Position numbers and translations under genes: made by a program. From assembly GCA_963677435.1 (NCBI GenBank), contig OY781945.1, positions 2,496,001-2,560,000 on the forward strand: DNA of 64,000 nt, in the 5' to 3' direction. Positions 33,407-45,213 of the stretch are shown here, in pieces. Position 1 is the stretch's first letter. Each line of letters begins with the position of its first letter. The notes under the pieces were generated by a model that saw nothing but the letters and a program-made list of their open reading frames with translations, did no database searches and had not been told where the DNA came from. The stretch is from an uncultured Aliarcobacter sp. (GTDB lineage Bacteria; Campylobacterota; Campylobacteria; Campylobacterales; Arcobacteraceae).

Positions 33407-34999
33407 CTAAAAATAATTATTAATATACTCTTCACACTCTAGTTGTTCTTTTAACATCTTTTCTTCATCCCAAAAAAGAATTTTTCCCATTTCAAAACAT
33501 ACTATATTCACACAAGCCAAACTCTGATTTTTATCTATAAAACAAAGCCCTACTCTTCTTGAAAGAAAATCTATTGGCTTTTTTGCAAATTCATAATTTA
33601 TACAATATAAAATCTCAGCTTTTAAATATGGTAGATTTTCATTTATTAACTCGAAGTTTTTATTCTCATTTGCTAGATTTAAAACTTTTGTACAAGCAGT
33701 TCCATATAGCGAGATTAAAGACTCTTTTGTTTTTCTTGAGATTGGATAAAAATTCATTAGTTTTTCAAGTTCTTTAATATCTCCATCGTTTCCAAAAAGT
33801 TTATATTTTTTCGTTTCACATTTTTTTTGTTTTTCTAATAAACTATTTTTTATTAAAAAGTTGAGTAAATCCTCTGACATTTTTCTATATGTTGTCCATT
33901 TTCCACCAACTATTGAGACTAAATTAGTTTTTGATTTTATTATTAGATGTTCTCTTACTATCTCTTGTGTTTGGCTTTTATTTTCATTTTTAACAAGTGG
34001 TCTTATTCCACTCCATGAAGCTAATATATCCTCTTTTGTTAAGTGTTTTTCAAAATAGTTATTTACCTCTTTTAACAAATATTCAATCTCTTGCTCTTTT
34101 ACTTTTGGATTCTCTTCATAAATAGTTTTATTATCAGTTGTTCCTATTAAACAGTGGTTCATATATGGCAAAATAAATATGATTCTTTTATCACTTGTAT
34201 TTGGTATTAAGATACCTTCATCGGCTTTTAAAAATTCCTTTGATACAACTATATGAATTCCACTACTTAAAGCTAAAATTTCTTTTGAATCTTTATCATC
34301 TAAAAATCTTATATTATCTACATTTGCGCCACTTGCATTTACTACAACTTTTGTTTCTATTTCATAGATTTTGTCTTGTGTTTTATCAAAATATCTCACA
34401 GCTGAGATTTTATTATTCCCATCATATAAAAACTCTTCTACTTCGCAATAGTTTTTTACAACTGCACCTTTTAAAACAGCACTTTGAAGAAGTGAGATAA
34501 TCATTCTTGAATCTAGAAAACTTCCATCATAAAAAGATAAAAATCCTTTTAAATTTTCTTGTTTTATATTAGGAGAAAACAAAATACTAACAACTTTATT
34601 TACAAAACTATTTTTCCCCAAACTTTTATGTTTGGCTATTAGCTTATAAAATATAAGTCCCATGTAAGTGTAAAGTAGATTTAAATATGAATATATTGGA
34701 ATATTAATTTTTAATTTTTTGCTGATATTTGGAGCATTTTTTAGAAATATTGCTCTTTCAGATAATCCCTCTTTTACTAGATTGTATTGGGCAAGGTCAA
34801 ACTCTTTTATGGCTTTTTCAAGATACCTAACTCCTCCATGAACTAATTTGGAACTTTTTGAACTTGCACCACTTGCAAAATCGTTTTTTTCAAGTAATAT
34901 TACTTTATATCCTCGTAATGTTGCATCCAAAACAATACCACTTCCAACGCAACCACCACCAATAATGACAATATCGTATTTTTCCTCAGACAATTCCAT
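33407..34999 (-). CDS. glpD: FAD-dependent glycerol-3-phosphate dehydrogenase/oxidase
   Basis: IGGGCVG, DFASGASSKSSKLVHGGVRYL, IGTTD, WSGIRPL, GGKWTTYR. Confidence 0.92.
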   Translation of the reverse strand: MELSEEKYDIVIIGGGCVGSGIVLDATLRGYKVILLEKNDFASGASSKSSKLVHGGVRYLEKAIKEFDLAQYNLVKEGLSERAIFLKNAPNISKKLKINIPIYSYLNLLYTYMGLIFYKLIAKHKSLGKNSFVNKVVSILFSPNIKQENLKGFLSFYDGSFLDSRMIISLLQSAVLKGAVVKNYCEVEEFLYDGNNKISAVRYFDKTQDKIYEIETKVVVNASGANVDNIRFLDDKDSKEILALSSGIHIVVSKEFLKADEGILIPNTSDKRIIFILPYMNHCLIGTTDNKTIYEENPKVKEQEIEYLLKEVNNYFEKHLTKEDILASWSGIRPLVKNENKSQTQEIVREHLIIKSKTNLVSIVGGKWTTYRKMSEDLLNFLIKNSLLEKQKKCETKKYKLFGNDGDIKELEKLMNFYPISRKTKESLISLYGTACTKVLNLANENKNFELINENLPYLKAEILYCINYEFAKKPIDFLSRRVGLCFIDKNQSLACVNIVCFEMGKILFWDEEKMLKEQLECEEYINNYF

Positions 35000-35079
35000 A
35001 ATTCCCCTACTTTCAAAGCTTTATTACAAAAGCTTTTTGTTAAGCTAGGATATAATAAAAATAAACAAAAAGGAATAAA

Positions 35080-35490
35080 ATGCAAATAATAATAGCAATT
35101 GCCGTACTAATTATCGCAATTACTTTAATACTTTACATAGTAAATAATCAATTCGAGAAAAGAGAATTTATAATCCTTTTACTAATTATCATAATATCTG
35201 GTTTTGCGTATGGATTGTATGAAAAAAATCAAGATGAGTTTTTCCCAAAATTATTTAAAGAAAAATATGAAAAAGATAAAAATATCTCGATTGAGGGATT
35301 GACTTCTGAATTATTAAACAACAAAGTTGTAAGTTCAAAAGATAAATTTATCTACAAATTTACTTACATTATCAAAAAAGACAATCAAGAGTTTTTATGT
35401 ACAATAACAAATGTAGAGATAAATAGAATTGAAGATACTTTTGTCTTCAAAAATTTTGCAGATTTAAAAGAAGAGTGCCTAAAAAAATAA
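35080..35490 (+). CDS. hypothetical membrane protein
   Basis: AAGGA RBS, two N-terminal TM helices, two Cys. Confidence 0.7.
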   Translation: MQIIIAIAVLIIAITLILYIVNNQFEKREFIILLLIIIISGFAYGLYEKNQDEFFPKLFKEKYEKDKNISIEGLTSELLNNKVVSSKDKFIYKFTYIIKKDNQEFLCTITNVEINRIEDTFVFKNFADLKEECLKK

Positions 35491-35501
35491 CTCTTCTTTT
35501 A
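35465..35501. terminator. inverted repeat at convergent junction with nth
   Basis: TAAAAGAAGAGT-N13-ACTCTTCTTTTA. Confidence 0.5.
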
Positions 35502-35507
35502 GCAGAT

Positions 35508-36155
35508 TTACGCAGGTTTAAAAGATTGTTTAGTTTTGCAAACCTGTGGAAATAAACAGTTATCACACTCAGGTTTCACAGCTTTACAAATATATCTTCC
35601 AAATAAAACCATCGCTTGATGAAAAATATGTAAATCATGCCCTTTTAGTTTTTTAACCAAATCCGCTTCAGTTATATCAACTGTTTTTCCATCACTTAAC
35701 CCAAGTCTGTGAGAAACTCTAAAAACATGAGTATCAACAGCCATAAGATTTGCACCCTCAAACTCAATCATAAATACATTTGCAGTTTTGTTTCCAACAC
35801 CTGCAAGTTTCATAAGTTTTTGTTGGTCATGGGGAATTTCTCCATCATAATTCATCAAAACACTTTGTGCCATTTTGATAATATTTTTTGCTTTATTATT
35901 AAAAAAAGAACAAGTATTTAACAAAGCTTTCACATCTTCTAAATCTGCAACTGCCAATTCTCTTACACTTGGATATTTTTCAAAAAGTGCTGGAGTTATA
36001 ATATTTACTCTTTTATCAGTACATTGAGCTGAAAGTATGATGGCGATTAATAACTCATAATCATTTTTATAATTTAACTCAGTAACTGCATCACTGTACT
36101 TTTCTACAAATGCTTGTTTAATTATTTCTATATCTGCTTTTGTTGCTTTTTTCAT
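35508..36155 (-). CDS. nth: endonuclease III
   Basis: [11 protein letters not shown], Hh[19 protein letters not shown]-x6-C-x2-C-x5-C cluster. Confidence 0.97.
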   Translation of the reverse strand: MKKATKADIEIIKQAFVEKYSDAVTELNYKNDYELLIAIILSAQCTDKRVNIITPALFEKYPSVRELAVADLEDVKALLNTCSFFNNKAKNIIKMAQSVLMNYDGEIPHDQQKLMKLAGVGNKTANVFMIEFEGANLMAVDTHVFRVSHRLGLSDGKTVDITEADLVKKLKGHDLHIFHQAMVLFGRYICKAVKPECDNCLFPQVCKTKQSFKPA

Positions 36156-38125
36156 ATTTCTTTAACCTTAGCAATTTCATCTCTTAATCTAATAGCTTCT
36201 TCAAAATTCAAATCACTTGCTGCTTTTTTCATCTGTTTATTTAGTTCTATTAGAATTTTCTTTCTCTCAGATGCTGGCATTTTTTCTAATTTATCTTTTT
36301 TCCATGCTACATCATCGTACTCTTCTAGTTTTAAATTTTGATCTAATCTTCTTTTTGTTGATACAGGTGTAATTCCATGCAGAGTATTGTGGTCTTCTTG
36401 GATTTTTCTTCTTCTATTTGTTTCATCTATTGCAAACTGCATTGAAGCTGTGATTCTTTTTGCGTATAAGATTACTCTTCCATTTTCATTTCTAGCAGCT
36501 CTTCCTATTGTTTGAATAAGAGAAGTTTTACTTCTTAAGAATCCTTCTTTATCGGCATCTAAAATAGCCACAAGTGAAGTTTCGGGAATATCTAAACCTT
36601 CTCTTAAAAGATTGATTCCAATTAATACATCAAAAGTTCCAAGTCTTAATTCTCGAATAATTTGATTTCGCTCAATTGCATCGATTTCAGAGTGCATATA
36701 TTTTACTTTCATTCCTAAATCTGCATAATAAGAAGCCAGTTCTTCTGCCATTTTTTTAGTTAAAACAGTTACTAAAACTCTTTCATTTTTGGCAACTACT
36801 TTTTTGATTTCATCGTGAAGTTTTTCAACTTGAAACTCACTATCAACCACATCAATAATTGGGTCAAGAAGTCCAGTTGGTCGAATAATTTGCTCAGCTA
36901 CAACTGAACTTAGATTAAGTTCTAATTCATTTGGCGTTGCACTTACAAATACATAATTAGGAGCTTTTTTAATAAACTCATCAAATTTTAAAGGTCTATT
37001 ATCAAGTGCACTTGGAAGTCTAAATCCATAATCTACTAAAACCTCTTTTCTAGATCTATCAGCTGCGTGCATTCCTCTAAACTGTGATAAAGATACATGT
37101 GATTCATCGACTACAAGTAAAAAATCTCTATCCATTTGTTGAAAATAGTTTAATAAAGAGTAAGGTGTCTCTTCTGGTTTTTGACCAGTTAAGTGTCGTG
37201 CATAATTCTCAATTCCCTTACACATTCCAGTTCCCTCAATCATCTCTAAATCAAACTCAACTCTTTGTTTTAGTCTTTGATACTCTACAAGTTTGTTTGC
37301 ACTTTGAAAATACTCAAGTCTTTCATCTAATTCTTCTTCGATTTGTTTTACAGCAGTTGCTAGTTTCTCATTTGAAACAACGAAAGGATTAACTGAATAG
37401 ATAATTACTTCATCTAAAGATTTTGTTCTACTATTTGTGATGTATTCATGTTTTGAAATTGATTCAACTTCATCACCAAAAAATTCAACTCGTATAAACT
37501 CATCTTCAAAATAAGCAGGGAAAATATCAATAACATCTCCATTTACTCTAAAATCTGACCTATCAAAAAACTTATCATTTCTTTTATAACCCATTTCCAC
37601 AAGTTTTAGTAAAAATTGTTTTTGAGAATATTCAAAGCCAACTTCAACCCTTTGAACCATTGCTTTATATTCTTCTGGATTTCCTAAACCGTAGTTTGCT
37701 GAAACTGAGGCAATTACAATTACATCATCAAAAGATAGAAGTGAAGCTGTAGCACTTAGTCTTAATCTTTCTAACTCTTCATTTATTGAAGAATCTTTCT
37801 CAATAAATAAATCGCTTCTTGGAATATAGGCTTCTGGTTGATAATAATCATAATAAGAGATGAAATATTCAACATGATTATTTGGGAAAAACTGTTTAAA
37901 CTCCGAATACAATTGAGCTGCAAGAGTTTTATTATGGGTCATTATAAGAGTTGGTTTTTGAGTTGCCTCAATCACTTTTGCTATTGTATAAGTTTTTCCA
38001 GAACCCGTAACTCCTAAAAGAGTGTTATATTGGTTTCCAGCATTTATTGAATCACTTAAGGCTTTTATTGCAACTGGTTGATCTCCAGCTGGTTCGTAAT
38101 CACTTACTACTTCAAACTTTGCGAT
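36152..38125 (-). CDS. uvrB: excinuclease ABC subunit B (probable ATC start)
   Basis: [33 protein letters not shown]. Walker A GVTGSGKT and PAGDQP lie in-frame upstream of the ORF-track start. Confidence 0.96.
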   Translation of the reverse strand: MAKFEVVSDYEPAGDQPVAIKALSDSINAGNQYNTLLGVTGSGKTYTIAKVIEATQKPTLIMTHNKTLAAQLYSEFKQFFPNNHVEYFISYYDYYQPEAYIPRSDLFIEKDSSINEELERLRLSATASLLSFDDVIVIASVSANYGLGNPEEYKAMVQRVEVGFEYSQKQFLLKLVEMGYKRNDKFFDRSDFRVNGDVIDIFPAYFEDEFIRVEFFGDEVESISKHEYITNSRTKSLDEVIIYSVNPFVVSNEKLATAVKQIEEELDERLEYFQSANKLVEYQRLKQRVEFDLEMIEGTGMCKGIENYARHLTGQKPEETPYSLLNYFQQMDRDFLLVVDESHVSLSQFRGMHAADRSRKEVLVDYGFRLPSALDNRPLKFDEFIKKAPNYVFVSATPNELELNLSSVVAEQIIRPTGLLDPIIDVVDSEFQVEKLHDEIKKVVAKNERVLVTVLTKKMAEELASYYADLGMKVKYMHSEIDAIERNQIIRELRLGTFDVLIGINLLREGLDIPETSLVAILDADKEGFLRSKTSLIQTIGRAARNENGRVILYAKRITASMQFAIDETNRRRKIQEDHNTLHGITPVSTKRRLDQNLKLEEYDDVAWKKDKLEKMPASERKKILIELNKQMKKAASDLNFEEAIRLRDEIAKVKEI

Positions 38126-38135
38126 GGTTTTCTCC

Positions 38136-38678
38136 TTAATATCTTTTATTTGACATAATACTATAAAGGATAATTGAAACTTCTCTACCTGTCCACATTA
38201 TGTCTTTACTTAATTCATCTCTATTTTTTTCTATATTTATATTATATTTATATTTTCTAAAAATTTTTTTCATATCATTTTCAATTTGACTATCACTTAA
38301 ATTTAAAATCACATTGTGAAACAACTCTTTATTATAAGGAATAAAATAAGCTGGATATACTTTTAAAAAAGCTATTAACATTGAAACTTGCCAAGTATGC
38401 CATTCTATTTTATCTAAACTATTTGCTGATTTATTTTTGTAATCAATTGCTTTATAAGAATCAAATATAAATTTACAAGCATTTGATAATGATGTATAAT
38501 CCATTACTTCTATTTTTTTTGGAAAATTTAAATCTCTTAATGTTATTACTTCTACAGAATTATTTTTTTTAAAATTATTAGTTTTATTACTTGTTGTATC
38601 TTTAAGTAATAAGAAAATTATTATGATAATAGTTAATAAAGCAATTAAAAGAATTCCTCCTAAAAAAGCTAAATTCAT
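38136..38678 (-). CDS. hypothetical protein with N-terminal TM anchor
   Basis: [15 protein letters not shown]..., with AGGAG RBS before ATG 38678. Confidence 0.7.
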   Translation of the reverse strand: MNLAFLGGILLIALLTIIIIIFLLLKDTTSNKTNNFKKNNSVEVITLRDLNFPKKIEVMDYTSLSNACKFIFDSYKAIDYKNKSANSLDKIEWHTWQVSMLIAFLKVYPAYFIPYNKELFHNVILNLSDSQIENDMKKIFRKYKYNINIEKNRDELSKDIMWTGREVSIILYSIMSNKRY

Positions 38679-39373
38679 ATATTTTCTCCTTGAAATTTTG
38701 AGTCTATAATTTTTATATATAAATTTTGACAACAAAGAGAGGGAATATTTATGTACTCTTTTTCATCAATTAAATAATTATTACCTTGATGATAATGTCC
38801 CTCAATTACAATGTCAGTATTATAATTTTTTAATCTTTTTGAAACAATTTGCTCAAAATTTTTCATTTTGTGACATATATTTTTTTTTACTAATGCATTT
38901 TCTATTTTCTTTGATATAAAATAATTTATATCAATAAAATTCATAAATCTTAAAAAAATAGTATTTCTTATAAATTTACAATATAAATCATATTTCCAAT
39001 TTATAAAATTATCTCCGTGAGCTAGTGAAATAGTTTTATTTTCAAATTTTGCAAAAAGTGGTTGATTTTCTCTTTTTATTACTTTTACTTTTGGAAAAAG
39101 TTTTTCTAAGTTGTAATCATGATTTCCTTCTAAATAAATAATATCCATGTCATTTGATAATTTATTTATAAGATTAATTACATCACTATTTCGTTGTACA
39201 AAATATCTACTCTCACCAGAGATAAAATCAATCATATCACCCATCAAAAAAAGTTGAGTTGTTTTTATATCTTTTTTATCTAATTTTTCTAAAAGAACTA
39301 AAAACTGCTTATTTTTTTCATTATAGTGGGAGTCAGCTACAAAAATAGCTCCTTGTTTAATATTAAGGTACAT
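38675..39373 (-). CDS. lpxH: UDP-2,3-diacylglucosamine diphosphatase
   Basis: Calcineurin-like motifs DSH, GD, GNHD, HGD, GHYH. Confidence 0.8.
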   Translation of the reverse strand: MYLNIKQGAIFVADSHYNEKNKQFLVLLEKLDKKDIKTTQLFLMGDMIDFISGESRYFVQRNSDVINLINKLSNDMDIIYLEGNHDYNLEKLFPKVKVIKRENQPLFAKFENKTISLAHGDNFINWKYDLYCKFIRNTIFLRFMNFIDINYFISKKIENALVKKNICHKMKNFEQIVSKRLKNYNTDIVIEGHYHQGNNYLIDEKEYINIPSLCCQNLYIKIIDSKFQGENI

Positions 39374-40367
39374 AGGCTATTTTTGGAATTCCTTCATATT
39401 CTTCATATCCACATAAGATATTTGCATTTACAACAGCTTGAGAAGAAGCTCCTCTTAAAAGATTATCAATAGCAGAACTTACAAAAAGTGCTTTTCCATT
39501 TTTTGCAGTATATAGATCACAAAAATTTGTTCCTGCAACTGATTTTATATCAACAGGTTTATTTCTAATTCTTACAAACTCACAATCTTTATAGGTTTTA
39601 TTTAAAATCTCATTTACATCAATATCATCTTTTAATGTGGCAAAAACAGATACCAACATACCTCGTGTTAATGGAAGTAAATGAGGCACAAAGTTGATTG
39701 ATACATCTTTACCTTTTAATATTCTAACTTTCTCAGCGATTTCTGGCATATGTCTATGTTTAAAAGGATTGTAAGCGTGGCAATTGTCATTTATCTGACA
39801 ATAGTGTGTTGTATCACTTGGATTCTTTCCCGCACCACTAACACCTGATTTTGCATCTATAAAAATTGGAGCATTTGTATCGATATAATCAATAAAAGGC
39901 AATAATGCCAATAATGAAGCAGTTGGGTAACAACCTGGATTTGCAATTAAATTTGCAGTTTTAATATCTTCTTTAAAATATTCTGGTAAGCCATAAACAG
40001 CATTTTTTATATTTTCTTTATCAGAATGTTCACAATAATGTTCTTCATAAGCTTCTAATTCAAGTCTATAATCAGCACTTAAATCTACAACTTTTACGCC
40101 AAGATTTAAAAGCTCTTTTGCAAAAGTCATTGAAGTTTTGTGGGGAAGTGCTAAAAATGCTAAGTCTGCAACTTTTGATACTTCCATTGCACTTACTAAA
40201 TTAACATCTATATTTATCACATCTTTTAAACAAGGATGTAAATCTTGAACATTTATATCTCCCGTTGAATTTGCAATGTAAGAGATGTTGAATTTTGGAT
40301 GATTAATTAAAATCTTAATTAATTCTAATCCAGTATAACCACTAGCTCCAATAATTGCTACATTCAT
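39363..40367 (-). CDS. argC: N-acetyl-gamma-glutamyl-phosphate reductase
   Basis: GASGYTG, DLSADYR, ANPGCYPT, SGVSGAG, DNLLRGA. Confidence 0.97.
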   Translation of the reverse strand: MNVAIIGASGYTGLELIKILINHPKFNISYIANSTGDINVQDLHPCLKDVINIDVNLVSAMEVSKVADLAFLALPHKTSMTFAKELLNLGVKVVDLSADYRLELEAYEEHYCEHSDKENIKNAVYGLPEYFKEDIKTANLIANPGCYPTASLLALLPFIDYIDTNAPIFIDAKSGVSGAGKNPSDTTHYCQINDNCHAYNPFKHRHMPEIAEKVRILKGKDVSINFVPHLLPLTRGMLVSVFATLKDDIDVNEILNKTYKDCEFVRIRNKPVDIKSVAGTNFCDLYTAKNGKALFVSSAIDNLLRGASSQAVVNANILCGYEEYEGIPKIAYVP

Positions 40368-40852
40368 TGTAAAATAATTTCCTTATAGCACACACCTAAA
40401 ACTTCAAAAGTTTTAATACCACCAGGAAGAGTAGCTTTTACTTCATCACCCTCTTCTTTTCCCATAAGTTGTTTTGCTAAGGGAGAATTAAATGAAATCA
40501 TTCCTTTTTCTGCATTTGACTCAACTCCACCAACTATCATGTAAGTAAATTCTTCATCAGTATTTACATCAACCAAACTAACAGTTGAACCAAAACTTAC
40601 TTTGTCATGAGGAAGAGTTGAAGGATCGATAATTACGGCTTTTGAGATAACTGCATTTAATTCTGCAACTTGAGAATCAATTAATGCTAATTTTTCTTTT
40701 GCAGAGTGATATTCAGCGTTCTCTTTTAAATCTCCTAATTGTCTAGCTTCTTCTAAAGCAATTACAGTTTCAGGTCTCTCTGTTTTTTTTAAGAACTCTA
40801 AATCACCTGTAATTTTGTTATAGCCAGCTAGCGTCATTGGTTCTTTATCCAT
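40364..40852 (-). CDS. greA: transcription elongation factor GreA
   Basis: GDLKENAEYHSAK, ISFNSPLA. Start chosen by GGAG spacing. Confidence 0.96.
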   Translation of the reverse strand: MDKEPMTLAGYNKITGDLEFLKKTERPETVIALEEARQLGDLKENAEYHSAKEKLALIDSQVAELNAVISKAVIIDPSTLPHDKVSFGSTVSLVDVNTDEEFTYMIVGGVESNAEKGMISFNSPLAKQLMGKEEGDEVKATLPGGIKTFEVLGVCYKEIILQ

Positions 40853-40913
40853 CAACATCTCCAATAAATTAATTTATGATATAATACCTAAAAATAGTAA
40901 AAGAGAAGTTTAG

Positions 40914-41564
40914 ATGAAATATGACAGAACAAAAAAGCTATTTGGTGATGATGTTTTTGAAAAATTCAAAGATGTTAAACTAATACTTTTAGGTGTTGGT
41001 GGTGTTGGAAGTTTTGCTTTAGATGCACTTTACAATACTGGAATTAAAAATATCACAATAGTTGATTTTGATACTTATGAAGAATCAAATTTAAATAGAC
41101 AAATGGGAAGCGTTGGTAATGTTGGACGAATAAAAGTTGAAGCGTTAAAGGAAAAATATCCAGAAGTTACTCCTATTCATTTAAAAATTACCCCTGAATG
41201 GATTGACAATTTTGATTTTTCATCTTATGATTATATATTAGATGCAATTGATGATGTGAAACCAAAAGTTCATCTAATAAAAAAACATTTTACAAAGATT
41301 ATTAGTACAAGTGGTGGAGCAAAAAGAATTGATCCATCAAAAATAGAATACATATCTATTTGGGATACATATAATGACCCATTTATAAAAAAAATAAGAA
41401 CTGAACTAAAGGCTCAAGGGTTCAAGAAAAAATTCAAAGTGATTTTTTCTTCAGAGCTACCAATGTGCCTAGAAAAGGGAAGTTTTGAAGGTGTAACTGG
41501 TTCATTTGGATTAATGATGGCATCAGTAACTATACAAAAATTGATAGCCAAATTTCAAAAATAA
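40914..41564 (+). CDS. ThiF family / tRNA threonylcarbamoyladenosine dehydratase (TcdA-like)
   Basis: LGVGGVGS, DFD...SNLNRQ, DAID, VIFSSE. Confidence 0.8.
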   Translation: MKYDRTKKLFGDDVFEKFKDVKLILLGVGGVGSFALDALYNTGIKNITIVDFDTYEESNLNRQMGSVGNVGRIKVEALKEKYPEVTPIHLKITPEWIDNFDFSSYDYILDAIDDVKPKVHLIKKHFTKIISTSGGAKRIDPSKIEYISIWDTYNDPFIKKIRTELKAQGFKKKFKVIFSSELPMCLEKGSFEGVTGSFGLMMASVTIQKLIAKFQK

Positions 41565-41627
41565 CTTAAAGTTAATCAAAGTTTAAAAGATATATAATAA
41601 TTAACTTATACTTAAAAAAGGATTCTC

Positions 41628-42536
41628 ATGAGCGGTATTAGTAGTAGTGTTGAACAAATGACTCAAGGACATCTTAGAAATGTTCAACAATTAGCTGTAT
41701 TTTACACTGGTCATAGTAATATTTACGCAATTAATATAGCAAAAGTTAAAGCTTTTATAATTACTGAAGAAGTAGCAATTAATGACACTCCAAAAGACAC
41801 AAATGTTATTGCAGGAATTGCAACAATCAGAGGAGAACCTGTAACATTAATTAATCTTGATGCTTGGCTTGGACTTCCAGCTTTAGCAGTTAAAGATTAT
41901 AAGCTTATTATTTTCTGTGAGTTTAATCACAAAAAAATTGGTTTTCTTGTAAAAGACATGCTTGATATTGTTGAAAAAACTACACAAGAGTTAAGACATA
42001 CAGAAGAAACAAATTCAAAAATTACTTATACAACTTATGTAAAAGTTAATAATAAAGATGAACTTTGTACTGTATTTAATGCTGAACAATTATTAAGAGA
42101 TATTCATTGGACAGATGATGGTTCAGATGAAGTTAAAAAATATGTTGATGAAAAACTTCATTCAGACAAAATTATCTTAGCAGCTGAAGATTCAGGGGTT
42201 GCAAGAGAAGTTTTAAGTAAGTTCTTTGAAGAATCAGGATTAGATTTTGAAATTTATGCAAATGGAACACTTTTAATCAAAAGATTAGAAGAGTTAAACC
42301 CTGATAAAATTGGTATGGTAATTACAGATATTGAAATGCCAGGAACTGATGGTTATCAAGTTGCATCATTTATAAAAAATCATAAAAACTTAGCGCATAT
42401 TCCAGTTATTGTAAACTCTTCAATGACAACAGATGCAGTTAGAGGGAAAATGAGTCAAGTAGGTGTTGATGGATTTGTTGGTAAAACTGATATTTCAAAT
42501 CTATTTAAATTAACAAAAAAATTCTTACTAAGATAA
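41628..42536 (+). CDS. cheV: chemotaxis protein CheV
   Basis: N-terminal CheW domain (YAINIAKV, IRGE) plus receiver domain (AEDS, TDIEMPGTDG). Confidence 0.92.
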   Translation: MSGISSSVEQMTQGHLRNVQQLAVFYTGHSNIYAINIAKVKAFIITEEVAINDTPKDTNVIAGIATIRGEPVTLINLDAWLGLPALAVKDYKLIIFCEFNHKKIGFLVKDMLDIVEKTTQELRHTEETNSKITYTTYVKVNNKDELCTVFNAEQLLRDIHWTDDGSDEVKKYVDEKLHSDKIILAAEDSGVAREVLSKFFEESGLDFEIYANGTLLIKRLEELNPDKIGMVITDIEMPGTDGYQVASFIKNHKNLAHIPVIVNSSMTTDAVRGKMSQVGVDGFVGKTDISNLFKLTKKFLLR

Positions 42537-42543
42537 CTTTTAA

Positions 42544-42570
42544 AATAAGATGAGATTTTCTCATCTTATT
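42544..42570. terminator. bidirectional terminator between cheV and argH
   Basis: AATAAGATGAGA-TTT-TCTCATCTTATT. Confidence 0.8.
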
Positions 42571-42579
42571 CTTTTTAAC

Positions 42580-43965
42580 CTATTTATTTAACCACTCTTT
42601 AAAAACTTCTATTTGACTAAGTGTTTGACTTGTTGATGTTCCACCTAATGAAATTCTAGCATTCATAGAATTTCTTAAATCTAAAAACATTAAAATCTCT
42701 TCATTGATATCTTTTAACTCTTCATTTGAGCTTCTAATTTCATCAATGTTTAATTCACTAATATCTTTATTTAAACTATTTGCTTTTGTTACAACATCTT
42801 TTGTTAGATAATAAGCTGTTCTAAATGGCATATTTTGTTTTTGAACTAAATAATCTGCAAAATCAGTTGCACTTAAATGTCCAATTTTACAAGCATTTTG
42901 CATTTTATCTACATTTACAATCATAGTTTTAATAACTTCATTTAAAATAGAAATAGAGATTTCCATAGTTTTTACTGAATCAAAAACACCCTCTTTATCT
43001 TCTTGAGTATCTTTATTATAAGCTAATGGTAAACCTTTCATAACTGTTAATAGTGAAATAAGATTCCCATAAACTCTTCCTGTTTTTCCTCTTAAAAGTT
43101 CTGGAACATCTGGATTTTTCTTTTGTGGCATAATTGAACTTGTAGTTGCATATTCATCACTCATTCTTACAAATTGGAATTCATAAGATGACCATAAAAT
43201 AAGTTCTTCAGAAATTCTACTAATATGCATCATTGCTGTACTTATATTAAATAAAATCTCTAGGGCAAAATCTCTATCTGAAACTGTATCCATTGCATGT
43301 GCTGTTGGAGAATTAAATCCTAATTTTTGTGAAGTTGACTCTCTATTTATATTATGTGGAGTTCCTGCAAGTGCTGCACTTCCTAAAGGACAATAATTAT
43401 TTCTTTCATATGAACTTTCGAATCTCTCAAAATCTCTTTTAAACATATTTGCATAAGCTAATAGATGATAACCAAAGTTAAGAGGTTGAGCGTGTTGTAA
43501 GTGAGTCATTCCAGGAATTAGTGTAGTTGTGTGTTTTGATGCTACATCTACAAAAGTCTCAACTAACTGTTTTAATTGTGTTTTTATACTTAATGATTTA
43601 TCTTGAACATAAAGTCTAAAATCTGTTGCTACTTGATCATTTCTACTTCTTGCTGTGTGAAGTCTTTTACCAGGTTCTCCAATGATTTCTGTTAACCTAT
43701 TTTCAACAGCCATATGAATATCTTCATATGCAAGTGAAAATTTAAACTCTCCGCTTTCTATCTCTTCTTTTACTTGTAAAAGTCCAGTTTCAATTGCTTT
43801 TTGTTCTTCAATAGTTAATATTCCTTGTTCTGCTAACATTTGAGAGTGAGCGATTGAACCTCTAATATCTTGAGCATAAAGTTCTTTATCAAACATTATT
43901 GAAGCATTAAATTCATCTAATATTTGAGCATTTGTATTTTTTAAAATTTGATTGTTTTGATTCAT
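42580..43965 (-). CDS. argH: argininosuccinate lyase
   Basis: [40 protein letters not shown]. Confidence 0.97.
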   Translation of the reverse strand: MNQNNQILKNTNAQILDEFNASIMFDKELYAQDIRGSIAHSQMLAEQGILTIEEQKAIETGLLQVKEEIESGEFKFSLAYEDIHMAVENRLTEIIGEPGKRLHTARSRNDQVATDFRLYVQDKSLSIKTQLKQLVETFVDVASKHTTTLIPGMTHLQHAQPLNFGYHLLAYANMFKRDFERFESSYERNNYCPLGSAALAGTPHNINRESTSQKLGFNSPTAHAMDTVSDRDFALEILFNISTAMMHISRISEELILWSSYEFQFVRMSDEYATTSSIMPQKKNPDVPELLRGKTGRVYGNLISLLTVMKGLPLAYNKDTQEDKEGVFDSVKTMEISISILNEVIKTMIVNVDKMQNACKIGHLSATDFADYLVQKQNMPFRTAYYLTKDVVTKANSLNKDISELNIDEIRSSNEELKDINEEILMFLDLRNSMNARISLGGTSTSQTLSQIEVFKEWLNK

Positions 43966-44047
43966 TGGATTCCCTAAATTATAATGTAGCTTAAAATTAA
44001 GGCAACATTATAACACAAGTGATATTAGTTAAACGCTAATAAATCTA

Positions 44048-44683
44048 TTAAGACCAAAGTTGTAAATGAGGTATATGTGAAATAGCTTTAATAATATCTG
44101 TTTTTGAAACAATTCCTATTAAAATATCATTTTCATCAACAATAGGAACAGCGTGTAATTTAAAATCAACCATTACTTTTGCAACTCTTCTTATATCTGT
44201 AATTGGATCTGCTGTAATTAGTTGTGGTATATAAATATCTTCAATTCTTTTTTCTAAAATATTCTTGCTATCTTCAATATCACTCATCAAAAGATTTAAA
44301 ATTATCTCTTTGTCAATCATTCCTAATATTTTTTTACCAAAAGTTGCAATTGGTAATTGTTTAATTTTAAACTCTTCCATAACATTATAAGCTTCTTGAA
44401 TGGTTGATATTGAATCAATATAAATACAATCTTTTGTCATAATATCTTTTACATGAAATATCATTTCTGATGTATCAATCTTGGCCATTTTTTTATAAGA
44501 ATTTAATGCTTCATTAACTGAATCATTATGTTGTTGATTATTCTGTTGTTTTATAAGACTATCAAAAGGTTGTTCATCTGGATTTAAGTTAGTTTTTTGA
44601 ACTCTAGCAACATCTTTTAGAGCATATAAATTATTAGTTGTACCTTTAAAATCAACATCAGGATTATTATATATAGTGAACAT
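44048..44683 (-). CDS. CBS-domain-pair protein
   Basis: VKDIMT...QLPI...GMI and AVPIVD...GIVSKTDII. Confidence 0.85.
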   Translation of the reverse strand: MFTIYNNPDVDFKGTTNNLYALKDVARVQKTNLNPDEQPFDSLIKQQNNQQHNDSVNEALNSYKKMAKIDTSEMIFHVKDIMTKDCIYIDSISTIQEAYNVMEEFKIKQLPIATFGKKILGMIDKEIILNLLMSDIEDSKNILEKRIEDIYIPQLITADPITDIRRVAKVMVDFKLHAVPIVDENDILIGIVSKTDIIKAISHIPHLQLWS

Positions 44684-44785
44684 TTATAGCTCCTTATTTT
44701 TTATAACTAAGTTATAGAATATTATACTAATAATTTTTTAATAAATATATGAATACACTACATCTTATCAAAGAAAGTATTAATC

Positions 44786-45168
44786 ATGAACAAAACATTA
44801 TATTTTACCCATAAAAAACTAGAATATTTAGAACTTAGATACTCTAACAAAGAGCATATTCACAATAGTTTATCAATTGGAGCTATATTAAATGGTAAAA
44901 GAACTTATATAAATAAAAACAAGAGCTTTAGACTTTCAAAAAATCAAATTTCAATAATAAATCCAAATACAATACATAGTTGTAACAGCAACAACAAAAT
45001 TGCAAATAAACTGTAATTGAATTTGCGAAAGATTTATTAAAAAGTGGAATGAGTATTTCACAAACTGCACTTGAGTGTGGTTTTTTTGACCAAAGCCATT
45101 TTCACAGAAACTTCAAAAAAATTGTTGCAATTACTCCAAAACAATATCAAGACAATTTTGTACAATAA
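44786..45168 (+). pseudogene. AraC-family regulator pseudogene (internal deletion and frameshift)
   Basis: N-terminal cupin (HIH, IINPNTIHSC) stops at 45016. The HTH end (IEFAKDLL...CGFFDQSHFHRNFKK...TPKQYQ) follows in another frame at 45016-45168. Confidence 0.85.
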
Positions 45169-45213
45169 TTAATTTTTAGATTTTCATACAATCCTTTTTT
45201 TTAAAGGAGTTTT

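Noticed and set aside
41567..41584. AAAGTT direct repeat upstream of cheV
   Set aside because: Only 6 bp of AT-rich sequence; not enough support without conservation data.
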